A stretch of 59,620 nt of DNA, filler included, from Actinomycetota bacterium (GCA_046725875.1; 3 parts of 3 records of this genome joined end to end with filler, not necessarily neighbours in it); one strand, 5' to 3'. Numbered from the whole stretch's first letter, positions 40,156 to 50,389 are shown. The notes: a model not told the origin generated them from the sequence alone. Program-made: numbers and translations.

Positions 40156-41207
40156 GCACGAGCACCGCGGCGAGCCCACCCGCCGTGCCCACCCTGCGCG
40201 ACCTCGCCCCCGAGGAAGCGCTGCGCCGCCTCGAGTTGGTCATCACCCGGCGTCTCGACGGGCTCCTGCATGGCGACTACCTCGGCTTGGTGCCCGGCGC
40301 CGGGAGCGAGCTCGCCGAGACTCGCGAGTACCACCCGGGCGAGGACGACGTGCGGCGGATGGATTGGAACGTCACAGCCCGGACGACCGTGCCGCACGTG
40401 CGCGACCTGATCGCTGACCGTGAGCTTGAGACGTGGGCGCTGGTCGACGCGACACCGAGCATGGACTTCGGCACCGCCCAGCTCGAGAAGCGTGACTTGG
40501 CGGTTGCCGCCGTCGCGGCCGTGGGCTTCCTTACGGCCAGAGCGGGCAACCGCGTCGGCGCTCACATCATCAAGCACTCAGCCTCCGGCGGACGGATCAA
40601 GCGGATCCCGGCCCGGGCCGGGCGCGCGCACCTGCTCGGTCTGCTGCGGGCGCTGATGGACCAGGCGGCGCGGTCGAGCGACGTCATCGGGCCCGCAGGG
40701 GGACAGCCGGCGGCGGTCGGCGCCGCCGTGCCCGGGCTCCCCGAGGCGGCCGACGGCCTGCGCCGCTCGGCCCATCGGCGCGGGCTGGTCGTGGTTGCGT
40801 CGGATTTCCTCGACGGCGTCGACGGTGCCGGTGGTCCCGCGTGGGAGAGGCCGATCCGGCAGCTCGGATACCGGCATCACGTGCTCGCCGTTGAGGTCAT
40901 CGACCCGCGCGAGCTCGAGCTCCCCGATGTTGGCCTGCTCACCCTCGTCGATCCGGAGACCGGGCAGCGGCGTGAGGTGTCCACGGCGAGTCGGCGGCTA
41001 AGGGAGCGCTACGCCGCCGCCGCCACCGAGCAGCGCGAGGCGGTGCGGGCGGCCCTGCGCCGCACCGGCGCCGACCACCTCGTCCTGCGCACGGACCGGG
41101 ACTGGCTGCGCGACATCGTCCGGCACGTCCTGGCCAACCGGCGGGTCGCCGGGGCGCACGCCGTACCGCCGCAGCCGGCGACGGCAACTGGAGGAAGGTG
41201 GACGTGA
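40152..41207 (+). CDS. DUF58 domain protein
   Basis: REYHPGEDDVRRMDWNVTAR, DATPSMDFG, SDFL; GTGA overlap with moxR. Confidence 0.93.
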   Translation: MSTSTAASPPAVPTLRDLAPEEALRRLELVITRRLDGLLHGDYLGLVPGAGSELAETREYHPGEDDVRRMDWNVTARTTVPHVRDLIADRELETWALVDATPSMDFGTAQLEKRDLAVAAVAAVGFLTARAGNRVGAHIIKHSASGGRIKRIPARAGRAHLLGLLRALMDQAARSSDVIGPAGGQPAAVGAAVPGLPEAADGLRRSAHRRGLVVVASDFLDGVDGAGGPAWERPIRQLGYRHHVLAVEVIDPRELELPDVGLLTLVDPETGQRREVSTASRRLRERYAAAATEQREAVRAALRRTGADHLVLRTDRDWLRDIVRHVLANRRVAGAHAVPPQPATATGGRWT

Positions 41208-42151
41208 GCTTCCTGTCCCCCGGACGCCTGTGGCTGCTGCTCGCGGTCGCGGCCCTCGCGATCGTGTACGTGGTGATGCAGCGGCGGCGCAGCCAATATG
41301 CCGTACGCTTCACCAACCTGGCGCTGCTCGACAAGGTCGCGCCCAAGCAGCCGGGATGGCGGCGACATGCGCCGGCGGCCGTGTTCCTCGCGATGCTCAG
41401 CCTGCTGGTCCTCGCATTCGCGCGGCCGGCTGATGACGTCAAGGTGCCGAGGGAACGCGCGACCGTGGTCGTCGTGCTCGACGTCTCGCCGTCAATGCTC
41501 GCAACCGACGTCGAGCCCGACCGGATCACGGTGGCCCGCGAGGCTGCCCGCGCATTCGTCGACAACCTGCCCAAACAGTTCAACGTCGGCTTGGTCGCGT
41601 TCTCGCGTTCCGCCTCGGTGGTGGTGCCGCCGACGATCGATCGGGACGCGTTCTCCCGCGGCGTTCAGTCGTTGGAGACCGGACCCGGCACGGCCATCGG
41701 CGACGGGATCAGCACGGCACTGCACGCGATCTCGGCCCTCGACGCGCGGGCCGCTACCGACCCACCGCCGGCGCGGATCGTCTTGCTCTCCGACGGCGCG
41801 AACACCGCCGGCCGCAGCCCGGATATCGCGGCAGCCGAGGCAGCGCAGGCCGCTGTGCCGGTCTACACGATTGCCTACGGCACCTCAGACGGCGTCGTCG
41901 AGATCAACGGCGAGCTCATCCCGGTGCCGGCTGACCCGCAGACCATGCAGCAGGTCGCCGACGCGACCGGTGGGCGGGCGTACGAGGCGGCCACCGGCGA
42001 GGAGCTGCGCGAGGTGTACGAGGACATCGGCAGCTCGGTCGGCTACCGACTCGAGAAGCAGGACGTGACTGCCCGCTATGTCGGCTTCGGTCTCGTCGCG
42101 GCGTTCGTCACGGCCGCGGCCTCCCTGCTGTGGTTCTCCCGCATTCCATGA
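41204..42151 (+). CDS. vWA domain membrane protein (BatA-like)
   Basis: MIDAS DVSPSM, GTAIGDG, LLSDG; N- and C-terminal TMs. Confidence 0.93.
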   Translation: MSFLSPGRLWLLLAVAALAIVYVVMQRRRSQYAVRFTNLALLDKVAPKQPGWRRHAPAAVFLAMLSLLVLAFARPADDVKVPRERATVVVVLDVSPSMLATDVEPDRITVAREAARAFVDNLPKQFNVGLVAFSRSASVVVPPTIDRDAFSRGVQSLETGPGTAIGDGISTALHAISALDARAATDPPPARIVLLSDGANTAGRSPDIAAAEAAQAAVPVYTIAYGTSDGVVEINGELIPVPADPQTMQQVADATGGRAYEAATGEELREVYEDIGSSVGYRLEKQDVTARYVGFGLVAAFVTAAASLLWFSRIP

Positions 42152-42221
42152 AAGGCAAAAGCATGTCCGGAACGTGGCGGCCGACGGGGGATCGGTCCAG
42201 CAAGGTGGACGGAGGCGTGCT

Positions 42222-43118
42222 ATGAGCCGGGTACGTGGCCTGGGCGAGCCCCGGGGGCCGAACTACATGTCCCCGGAGCTCGCCCGGGTGGAGCAATCGG
42301 AGGATGCTGCCCGAGGCGCCGCTGCCGTGGATCCAGCAGCCAGCCGCCTCCGGCTGGTACTCGCCGGGCTTGCGCTCGCGGCCCTGGTCGGTGGGGTGAG
42401 CGGCTTCGCCGCGGCCCGGCTCTTCGCGGATCCGGCGCCCGCCGACGACCACCGGAGCGCCTTCACGCTGCCCGTTCCAAACCCCGGACCGGTGACCGGA
42501 CGCGAAGACCTGAGCGAGGTCGCGTCCAGGGTCCTGCCGAGCGTGGTGACCATCGAGGCGGGCACCGGCTCCGACCGGGAGACTGGGGCCGGCTTCGCCA
42601 TCGACGATCGGGGACACCTGCTCACCAACAACCACGTCATTGAAGGCGCGAGCGCCGTCGACGTGCTGCTCTATAGCGGCCGCCGCGTCGAGGCCACGGT
42701 TGTCGGCCGGGACGTACGCAACGACTTGGCCGTCCTGCAGATCGACTCGGCAGCGCAAGTTCCACCGGTCTCGATGGCGTCCGTATCGTCAGCAGCGGTC
42801 GGCGACGACGTGGTCGCGATCGGCTCGCCGCTGGGGCTCACCGGAACGGTCACGGCAGGCATCGTCAGCGCGCTGAACCGGGACGTCCAGATCGGGTCTG
42901 GTTATCACGTGCGGGCGATCCAGACCGACGCGGCGATCAACCCGGGCAACTCCGGCGGCCCGTTGGTGAACGCCCGGGGCGAGGTAATCGGCGTGACCAC
43001 GAGCGTCGCAACCCTTGCGGGTGGAGCGGGCGGTTCGATCGGCATCGGCTTCGCCATCCCGATCGACCGGGCCGCCACGATCGCCGAGGGCATCATCGAC
43101 CCCAACTCCCCCAGGTAG
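42222..43118 (+). CDS. membrane-anchored trypsin-like (HtrA/S1C) serine protease without PDZ
   Basis: LTNNHV, DLAVL, INPGNSGGPL triad; one TM; GGAGG SD. Confidence 0.92.
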   Translation: MSRVRGLGEPRGPNYMSPELARVEQSEDAARGAAAVDPAASRLRLVLAGLALAALVGGVSGFAAARLFADPAPADDHRSAFTLPVPNPGPVTGREDLSEVASRVLPSVVTIEAGTGSDRETGAGFAIDDRGHLLTNNHVIEGASAVDVLLYSGRRVEATVVGRDVRNDLAVLQIDSAAQVPPVSMASVSSAAVGDDVVAIGSPLGLTGTVTAGIVSALNRDVQIGSGYHVRAIQTDAAINPGNSGGPLVNARGEVIGVTTSVATLAGGAGGSIGIGFAIPIDRAATIAEGIIDPNSPR

Positions 43119-43127
43119 TCCGAGTTT

Positions 43128-43177
43128 GGTAGAAGGTGCCCTAGATCCAATCCGGTTGGGGTAGGGCACCTTCTACC
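43128..43177. repeat. GTAG-type REP-like palindrome (may also terminate transcription)
   Basis: Perfect 16-bp inverted repeat GGTAGAAGGTGCCCTA / TAGGGCACCTTCTACC. Confidence 0.8.
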
Positions 43178-43333
43178 CCGGGCTCGCATGGCGCCAGGGC
43201 ACCTTTCACCTCTGCTGCAAGGCGCGTGGTTAGCCGGTAGCGAAAACGGCGAGGCGCCTGTAGTTCCCATCTCGTAAGGTCGATCACGGGAGCTCAGCCC
43301 CGATGTCGTACGAAGGGCGCAGGAGGGCGGCCG

Positions 43334-44431
43334 GTGGCCGAAGCGGCGGTAGAGGTACGTGACCTCGTCAAACGCTATCCGAAGCAGCAAGTCAACGCCG
43401 TTGACGGGCTGTCCTTCGCGGTCAAGCGCGGCGAGGTCTTCGGTCTGCTGGGACCGAACGGCGCGGGCAAGACCACCACGGTCGGAGTCTTGACGACGAG
43501 AGTGAAGGCGACCTCCGGCGAGGCTTATGTCGGGGGCATCGACGTACTGCGTGACCCGGTCGCGGCCCGCGTCCGGTTGGCGGTCGTACCGCAGCAGGTC
43601 AACCTGGACCGGGCGCTGACGCCCCGGCAGAACCTCGCCTTCCACGCCGCTTACCACGGCGTCGGCGCCGCCGAGCGGCGTGGCCGGGCAGGCGAGCTGC
43701 TCGACCAATTCGGTCTCGCCGACCGGGCAGATGACAAGGTCGACTGGTATTCCGGCGGCATGGCCCAGCGATTGATGATCGCGCGTGCGCTGATGCACGA
43801 ACCGGAGGTGCTCTTCCTCGACGAGCCCACCACGGGCCTCGATCCACAGTCCCGCCTCTTTCTGTGGGATCGAGTACGGGAAATGCGCGAGCACGGCGTC
43901 ACCATCGTGCTCACCACGCACGACATGGATGAGGCTGCAACGCTGTCCGATCGGGTCGGCATCGTCGACCATGGAAAGCTGCTCGCCCTCGACACGCCCG
44001 AAGCGCTTACCCGCGGCCTGGCCGGGCAGAGCGTGCTCGAGCTGACCGTGACGCCGGCGCCCGGCGACAACGCGGAGGCGATGCTGGCCGAGCTGACCAA
44101 GGTCGACGGCGTCGAGCGCGGCGAGCGGGTGGCAAGCGGGCCGAACGGCTTCCCGCCCGGCGGATTTCCCGGCCCGGGCGGCGGTGGCCCGATCAGCCCA
44201 GCCGCCGAACTCTTGGATGGTGGGGGGAACGGATCCGCCGCCGAAACTATGGGTGCGGGTGCCGCGGGCGAGGTCCGGCTGCGGCTCTACCTCGCGGTTG
44301 AACCGCCGGTCGTCCTCGGGGCCGCGGTCGCGGCGCTGTCGAGCCGCGGCGCCACCGTATCCGACGTACACCTGGGCCAGCCGACCCTCGAGGACGTCTT
44401 CATCAACCTCACCGGACGAGGACTGCGATGA
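43334..44431 (+). CDS. ABC transporter ATP-binding protein (DrrA-like)
   Basis: GPNGAGKT, YSGGM, LDEPT, TTHDMDEA. Confidence 0.95.
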   Translation: MAEAAVEVRDLVKRYPKQQVNAVDGLSFAVKRGEVFGLLGPNGAGKTTTVGVLTTRVKATSGEAYVGGIDVLRDPVAARVRLAVVPQQVNLDRALTPRQNLAFHAAYHGVGAAERRGRAGELLDQFGLADRADDKVDWYSGGMAQRLMIARALMHEPEVLFLDEPTTGLDPQSRLFLWDRVREMREHGVTIVLTTHDMDEAATLSDRVGIVDHGKLLALDTPEALTRGLAGQSVLELTVTPAPGDNAEAMLAELTKVDGVERGERVASGPNGFPPGGFPGPGGGGPISPAAELLDGGGNGSAAETMGAGAAGEVRLRLYLAVEPPVVLGAAVAALSSRGATVSDVHLGQPTLEDVFINLTGRGLR

Positions 44432-45282
44432 CGGTTACGAACGACGCCACACCAGGACCAGGGACGGCACCCGGAGGACCAGTGAGCACGGTCGCGCAGG
44501 CGGCTCCGGTTGGCTCGACCCGACGCGCGTTCCGCGCGATCCTGTGGCGAGACATCTTCGTCACCGGCAAGGAGTTCTGGGTCTTCTTGATCCAGGTCGG
44601 GCTGCAGCCGCTGTTCATGCTCTTCGTCTTCGCCAAAGTGCTCGGCGAGCTGAACTATGTGACCCAGGACTACGGTCACCTGCTGCTGCCCGGGATTGTT
44701 GCGCTAACGGCGTTCCTGACGGCGCTGCAGGCGGTCTCGTTCCCGCTGGTCATGGAGTTCTCGTTCACCCGTGAGATCGAGGACCGGCTGCTCGCCCCGC
44801 TGCCCACCCAGCTGGTCGCCATCGAGAAGCTCGTCGTCGCAGTGATGCGAGCGATCGTCGCGGCCGCGGTCATCTTCCCTATCGGCGCGCTGGTTCTCGG
44901 CTCGGCACCGTGGCGGGTGGAGGGCGTGCCGCTGCTCGTCGTGGTCCTGCTGCTCGGCGCCTGGGTCGGCGCCGGGATCGGCCTCACGATGGGCACTCTT
45001 GTGCCGCCGGCCCGGATCAGCGTCATCTTCGCCGCAGTTTTCACGCCGCTGCTGTTCACTGGCGCGACGCAGTATCCGTGGCCCTCGCTGGACTCGATCC
45101 GCTGGTTCCAAATCGTGACCGCGCTCAACCCGCTCACTTACTGCAGCGAAGGAGTGCGGGCAGCCCTCGTGCCCGATGTGCCGCACATCCAGCCATGGAT
45201 CTGCATCGGCATGCTGATCTTTTTCGCGATCCTCTTCACCGCAACCGGCATCAAGGGCTTCCTGCGCCGGGCCATCAGCTGA
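44428..45282 (+). CDS. ABC-2 type transporter permease
   Basis: 6 TMs, EDRLLAP, NPLTY; ATGA overlap. Confidence 0.93.
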   Translation: MTVTNDATPGPGTAPGGPVSTVAQAAPVGSTRRAFRAILWRDIFVTGKEFWVFLIQVGLQPLFMLFVFAKVLGELNYVTQDYGHLLLPGIVALTAFLTALQAVSFPLVMEFSFTREIEDRLLAPLPTQLVAIEKLVVAVMRAIVAAAVIFPIGALVLGSAPWRVEGVPLLVVVLLLGAWVGAGIGLTMGTLVPPARISVIFAAVFTPLLFTGATQYPWPSLDSIRWFQIVTALNPLTYCSEGVRAALVPDVPHIQPWICIGMLIFFAILFTATGIKGFLRRAIS

Positions 45283-45337
45283 GAGTCGACGACCACGAAC
45301 TGTCGTATAAGGTGGCCCTCCTCCAATCGCCCGCTGA

Positions 45338-45385
45338 GTAGAAGGGACCCCTGCCCCAGACCTATTGGAGCAAGGTCCCTTCCAC
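45338..45385. repeat. GTAG-type REP-like palindrome
   Basis: GTAGAAGGGACC...GGTCCCTTCCAC between convergent genes. Confidence 0.7.
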
Positions 45386-45396
45386 CGGCTAACGGG

Positions 45397-46149
45397 TTAG
45401 CCGACCTTTTCCATGATCTCGTCGGAGACGTCGTAGTTGGCGTACACGTTCTGGACGTCGTCGGAATCCTCGAGCGTCTCGATTAGCCGGAAGACTCGAC
45501 GGGCCGCGTCCTCCTGGAGCGGTACGGCAACCGACGGCACGAAGCTCACCTCGGCGGACTCGTAGTCGATCCCGGCATCCTGCAGCGCCGTGCGGACCGC
45601 CACCAAGCCGCCCGGCTCACAGACGACCTCGAACGCCTCGCCGAGGTCGTTTACCTCGTCGGCACCACGATCAACCACCGCGGCGAGCACGTCGTCCTCG
45701 GTCACGCCTGCTACCTTCGGGACGATCACGACCCCCTTCCGGCTGAACAGGTACGAGACCGAACCGGCGTCGGCCATCGACCCGCCGGCCCGCGTCATCG
45801 CGGTACGTATCTCCGACGCGGCTCGGTTGCGGTTGTCGGTCAGAGCCTCGACGAGGACCGCCACCCCGCCCGGCGCGTACCCTTCATACATGATCGTCTG
45901 ATACTCGGCGCCGCCCGCCTCGAGGCCCGCACCGCGCCGCACTGCCCGGTCGATGTTGTCGTTGGGTACGGACGCCTTCTTCGCCTTCTGGATCGCGTCG
46001 TAGAGGGTTGGGTTCCCGCCCGGGTCGGGGCCGCCGACCCGCGCCGCCACCTCGACATTCTTGATCAGCTTCGCGAACAGCTTGCCGCGCCGGGCGTCGA
46101 CCACCGCCTTCTTGTGCTTCGTGGTGGCCCATTTCGAGTGGCCGGACAT
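45397..46149 (-). CDS. yebC: YebC/PmpR family protein
   Basis: [37 protein letters not shown]. Confidence 0.97.
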   Translation of the reverse strand: MSGHSKWATTKHKKAVVDARRGKLFAKLIKNVEVAARVGGPDPGGNPTLYDAIQKAKKASVPNDNIDRAVRRGAGLEAGGAEYQTIMYEGYAPGGVAVLVEALTDNRNRAASEIRTAMTRAGGSMADAGSVSYLFSRKGVVIVPKVAGVTEDDVLAAVVDRGADEVNDLGEAFEVVCEPGGLVAVRTALQDAGIDYESAEVSFVPSVAVPLQEDAARRVFRLIETLEDSDDVQNVYANYDVSDEIMEKVG

Positions 46150-46207
46150 CATCCCTCCAGCGAACGTGACCGCGGGCCGGAGCCCGCGGCATCAAGAGCC
46201 TAGGGAA

Positions 46208-46996
46208 CTACGTCGCGGATTCCCCGCCCAGCCCTGTTCGGTCCTCGGCCCCGCGGAGAGCCGATCGCACGAGATCGACGAATAGCTTATGAACGCGCCG
46301 GTCCCCGGTCAGCTCCGGATGGAACGCAGTGGCGATCAGCGATCCCTGGCGAACCGCGACGATCCTAGCCGGCCCGCCGCCCGCGTCACCCCCCGTGAGC
46401 TGCTGGGCATGATCATCCGCGTCTCCAAGGGTGTGGACGGTCGCAAGCGGCTCGACCTCCGGGCCGATCGACTCGACCCAGGGCGCGCGGATGAAGACGG
46501 CGCGCAACCGCTCACGCGGCTCAGGTAGGCCCTTGATCTCCAAGTCTTCCTCAAACGAGTCTACCTGGCGGCCGAAGGCGTTGCGGCGGACCGCCATGTC
46601 GATCCCACCGATCGTCTGCTGCCCCTCGATCGAATCGACCACCTGGTCGGCCAGCATGATCATCCCCGCGCAGGAGCCATAGGCTGGCATGCCGTCCTTG
46701 ACCCGCTGGCGGATCGGTTCCAGCAGGTCGAAGGCGCGGATGAGCTTGTCCATCGTGGTCGACTCGCCGCCAGGAATGACCAGCGCGTCCACCTGGTCGA
46801 GCTCGGATTCCCGGCGCACCGGGACCGCCCGCGCGCCTGCCGCCTCGAGCGCCGCGATGTGCTCGCGTACATCACCTTGCAGGGCGAGTACGCCAATCAG
46901 CGGCGCGGTTTCCTCCCCGGGGGACGGTTCAGTCCACCGCTCGAAGGGGTTCGCTTCGTGGGACGACGCCGGGGATCCCCGGAAGTGACTGCTCAT
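46208..46996 (-). CDS. pdxT: pyridoxal 5'-phosphate synthase glutaminase subunit
   Basis: [37 protein letters not shown]. Confidence 0.96.
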   Translation of the reverse strand: MSSHFRGSPASSHEANPFERWTEPSPGEETAPLIGVLALQGDVREHIAALEAAGARAVPVRRESELDQVDALVIPGGESTTMDKLIRAFDLLEPIRQRVKDGMPAYGSCAGMIMLADQVVDSIEGQQTIGGIDMAVRRNAFGRQVDSFEEDLEIKGLPEPRERLRAVFIRAPWVESIGPEVEPLATVHTLGDADDHAQQLTGGDAGGGPARIVAVRQGSLIATAFHPELTGDRRVHKLFVDLVRSALRGAEDRTGLGGESAT

Positions 46997-47011
46997 GGCA
47001 AACCTCGCGGG

Positions 47012-47995
47012 TCACCATCCGCGGCCGGCGTACCGCTCGGACTCTGGCAGCGTGCTCAGGTTGATGCCGACCATTGGCTCGCCGAGTCCGCGCGATACCT
47101 TGGCGATCACGTCCGGATCGTCATAGAAGGTGGTCGCTTTGACGATCGCCGCGGCGCGGCTCGCCGGGTCGCCGGACTTGAAGATGCCTGATCCCACGAA
47201 GACGCCCTCGGCGCCGAGCTGCATCATCATCGCCGCGTCCGCCGGGGTGGCGATGCCGCCGGCGGTAAACAGGACGACCGGGAGCTTGCCCGTTTCCGCG
47301 ATTTCCTTGACCAGCTCGTGAGGCGCTCGCAACTCCTTGGCGGCGGCGTAGAGCTCGTCGTTGGACATGGTGGCGAGCCGACGGATCTCCGCCCGAATCT
47401 GGCGCATGTGCCGAGTCGCTTCGACCACGTTGCCGGTACCCGCCTCGCCCTTCGAGCGGATCATCGCGGCGCCCTCGCTGATCCGGCGCAGCGCTTCGCC
47501 GAGGTTGGTGGCGCCGCAGACGAACGGCACCGTGAACGCCCACTTGTCGATGTGATGGGTCTCGTCAGCCGGCGTGAGGACCTCGGACTCGTCGATGTAG
47601 TCGACGCCGATCGCCTGCAGGACCTGGGCCTCGACGAAATGTCCGATCCGCGCCTTGGCCATCACCGGTATAGACACCGCGTCGATGATCCCTTGGATCA
47701 TGTCGGGGTCACTCATCCGGGCCACGCCGCCCTGGGAGCGGATGTCCGCCGGCACCCGCTCGAGCGCCATGACGGCCACCGCACCGGCATCCTCGGCGAT
47801 CTTCGCCTGCTCCGGGGTGACAACGTCCATGATCGCGCCACCCTTGAGCATTTCGGCCATGCCGCGCTTGACCCGGGCCGTGCCGGTAACCGGCCCGCCC
47901 TGGACGCTCGCTGCCGCCGCCCCCGGCCCGGCCCCCGACCCGGACGTCCTGGTCACTGGCATCGCGTGGGGTGTGCTGGGTTCGGTCGTGCTCAC
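47012..47995 (-). CDS. pdxS: pyridoxal 5'-phosphate synthase lyase subunit
   Basis: [38 protein letters not shown] start chosen on the GAGG SD. Confidence 0.97.
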   Translation of the reverse strand: MSTTEPSTPHAMPVTRTSGSGAGPGAAAASVQGGPVTGTARVKRGMAEMLKGGAIMDVVTPEQAKIAEDAGAVAVMALERVPADIRSQGGVARMSDPDMIQGIIDAVSIPVMAKARIGHFVEAQVLQAIGVDYIDESEVLTPADETHHIDKWAFTVPFVCGATNLGEALRRISEGAAMIRSKGEAGTGNVVEATRHMRQIRAEIRRLATMSNDELYAAAKELRAPHELVKEIAETGKLPVVLFTAGGIATPADAAMMMQLGAEGVFVGSGIFKSGDPASRAAAIVKATTFYDDPDVIAKVSRGLGEPMVGINLSTLPESERYAGRGW

Positions 47996-48262
47996 AGAAG
48001 GCCTCTTTCCTCGGGTTTCGGCCTCCATGGTACGAGCCTCGCTGCTCCCCGATCGGCGGCCAGTGTGAAGGTGCTGGCCTCGTCACGATCAGGTCAGGTG
48101 GCCTCAGCCCCACGTTCTGGAAATCGCTGTCCACCTGACGTCACCACGACTGATCCATTTGATGCCAGCGGTCGATCACGGCGCTTGCAGGTGGTCAAGG
48201 CGTTGATTCGATACCGGCCAACGGCAGCAGGTCGTGGCCTGATTTCGGTCGCCGCCAGGAAA

Positions 48263-48316
48263 GGTAGAAGGGACGACCCAGGCTCACCATTGCCTCAGGT
48301 GACGGGCCCTTCTACC
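48263..48316. repeat. GTAG-type REP-like palindrome
   Basis: GGTAGAAGGG...CCCTTCTACC 10-bp inverted repeat. Confidence 0.7.
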
Positions 48317-48365
48317 AGGGAGATTGGAGCTGAGGTCCCTGCTGCCAAACGAAGGTCCGCGCAAA

Positions 48366-48905
48366 CTAGAACGCGAGGCCGAGTGTCTTCGGCGGCTCAT
48401 CGTCCATCTCGAAGGAGCTGGGCAGGGGTGCCCGGCCGGCGAGGTTGAGCCAGCGGACAAGCCGCTTCCGCCGCACCGCCCGGGTGGCGGCGACGGCGTC
48501 GTTGTGGAAGCGGCGGGCCATCACGACCCGCGTACAAGCGGCGGCCAGGTCCTTGATCAGCTCGGCACCCGCGGGCGTCGCCTCGAGCTCGGCGAGCTGG
48601 CCTGGTTCATCCAGTGCAGCTCGCAAAGCGCGCGAGAGGTTGCTCTCCGCAATCTCTCGCTCACCTGGCGCGGCGTCCCGAGCTTCGTGTGCGGCGTCGG
48701 CGAGCAGTACCGATGTCGCCGGGTCGAGCAGCCGGGATGTCGCGAGTTCCACGGTCACCGAGGCCCGGCGGACCAGCTGGGCGTCGAGCGCGGAGCGCGA
48801 GCCCTCGACGCGGCCATGCAGCCGGTCGAGCCGGTTGGCCGTCAGCCAGAGATAAAGGCCGGCCAGCAGGAGCGCGACCGTCACCCAGGTCGACAGGTCA
48901 CCCAT
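48366..48905 (-). CDS. conserved membrane-anchored LemA-like hypothetical protein
   Basis: TANRLDRLH, AESNLSRAL, ARRFHNDAV, LAGRAPLP..FEMDD; usual gene downstream of pimA. Confidence 0.88.
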   Translation of the reverse strand: MGDLSTWVTVALLLAGLYLWLTANRLDRLHGRVEGSRSALDAQLVRRASVTVELATSRLLDPATSVLLADAAHEARDAAPGEREIAESNLSRALRAALDEPGQLAELEATPAGAELIKDLAAACTRVVMARRFHNDAVAATRAVRRKRLVRWLNLAGRAPLPSSFEMDDEPPKTLGLAF

Positions 48906-49018
48906 CAGTGCCTGCTCCCCCAGCCATGTGGACAAGGCGGATCCATGCCGCAACGCTTCGGTCGATATCCGGCGAAGGGGTCAGGCGGCGGTCACCTGCC
49001 TGCGCCTTGATCTGGTTC

Positions 49019-49133
49019 TGGATCAGCCGAGGGTGCCACTGCGACATTTTGATCACCATTTGGGCCGGGCTAAGGCAGCGGAGCATGAAGGAATCCGGCG
49101 ATTGGTATGGCAGAAACGCCATCGGCTGATCCA
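49019..49133. repeat. 115-bp element bounded by a 12-bp inverted repeat (MITE-like)
   Basis: TGGATCAGCCGA ... TCGGCTGATCCA, lower GC interior. Confidence 0.45.
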
Positions 49134-49177
49134 ACGGGTATCGAAGTGCAGCAGTGATACCTCAGCATGACCCGCGC

Positions 49178-50389
49178 TCACCGGTCCCCGAAACTGGGCA
49201 GCCCAAAGCGGCGGCGCCTGATCTCCGCGCTGCCATTCGGTTCGGCCGGGGAGATGGCAGGTCCGACTTCCGCCACGGGCACCGATCGTTGACCGGCGAC
49301 CGTCTCGTACACAGCGACGATGTCGCCGGCCACGGCTTCCCAGTCGTACTGCCGGACCACCTCGCTGCCCACTTCGGCGAGTCGGGCTCGGCGAGCCGGG
49401 TCGGCGAGCAGCGCCAGGGCCCCCCGCGCCAGCTCGCTCGCGTCGCCGTTGGGGAAGAGCGCGCCGGCCTTGCCATCCTCGAGCACCCGGGCGAAAGCGT
49501 CGATGTCGCTCGCGAGTACCGGCGTGCCGGCCGCCATCGCCTCGGTCAGGATGATGCCGAAGGACTCCCCGCCGATGTTCGGAGCCACGTAGACGTCGAC
49601 GGAGCGCAGCATCCGCGCCTTGTCCTGGTCGGACACCATCCCGAGCAGCGTGATCCGCTCCCGCGCGGCCGGCTCGACGTCCGCCAAGGCCTCGTCCGGG
49701 TCACCCGGACCCGCCACCAGGAGGCGGGTCGCCGGGCGCTCGGCAAGGATGAGCGGCAGCGCCTCCTTCAGAACCGCAAAGCCCTTGCGCGACTCGCCGA
49801 ACCGACCAAGAAAGCCGAGCGCCCCGCCAGGGTCCGGCCAGCCGGGCAGCGGCTCGACCCCGGCGAACCGGGCCACCGCAACCCCGTTCGGGATCAGGAT
49901 CGCGTCCCCGCCGAGGTGCTCCACGACTGTCCTGCGCGCGGCTTCCGAAACCGCGATGCGGGCGGACAGCTTCTCGACAATGGTCTGCAGGATCGGATAT
50001 GCAGCCGCCATCGCGCGCGACCGGATGATCGACGAGTGGAAGGTCGCGACCACCGGTCCGTCCGCCGCCCATACCGCAAGCATGGACAGCCCGGGCGCAG
50101 CGGGTTCATGTACGTGGACCACGTCGAACGCGCCGTCCCGCAGCCAACGGCGTACTCGGGTCGCCGAGATCAGGCCGAAGTTGAGCCGCGCGACCGAGCC
50201 GTTGTAGCGGACCGGCATGGCGCGCCCGGCCGGCACGACGTACGGCGGCAACTCCGCGTCGTCGTCGGCGGGCGCGAGCACCGACGGCTCGTGGCCGAGC
50301 GTGGTCAGCGCCACGGCAAGGTCGCGCACGTGCGCCTGGACACCGCCGGGGTGTTCCCAGGAGTACGGGCACACGAGGCCGATCCGCAT
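49178..50389 (-). CDS. pimA: phosphatidyl-myo-inositol alpha-mannosyltransferase
   Basis: MRIGLVCPYSW..PGGVQAH, YNGSVARL, HVHEP, GGESFGIILTEAMA; operon with pgsA/patA. Confidence 0.93.
   Translation of the reverse strand: MRIGLVCPYSWEHPGGVQAHVRDLAVALTTLGHEPSVLAPADDDAELPPYVVPAGRAMPVRYNGSVARLNFGLISATRVRRWLRDGAFDVVHVHEPAAPGLSMLAVWAADGPVVATFHSSIIRSRAMAAAYPILQTIVEKLSARIAVSEAARRTVVEHLGGDAILIPNGVAVARFAGVEPLPGWPDPGGALGFLGRFGESRKGFAVLKEALPLILAERPATRLLVAGPGDPDEALADVEPAARERITLLGMVSDQDKARMLRSVDVYVAPNIGGESFGIILTEAMAAGTPVLASDIDAFARVLEDGKAGALFPNGDASELARGALALLADPARRARLAEVGSEVVRQYDWEAVAGDIVAVYETVAGQRSVPVAEVGPAISPAEPNGSAEIRRRRFGLPSFGDR

Noticed and set aside
48030..48260. Possible vitamin B6 riboswitch or PdxR operator upstream of pdxS
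   Set aside because: No recognisable conserved RNA motif or convincing repeat
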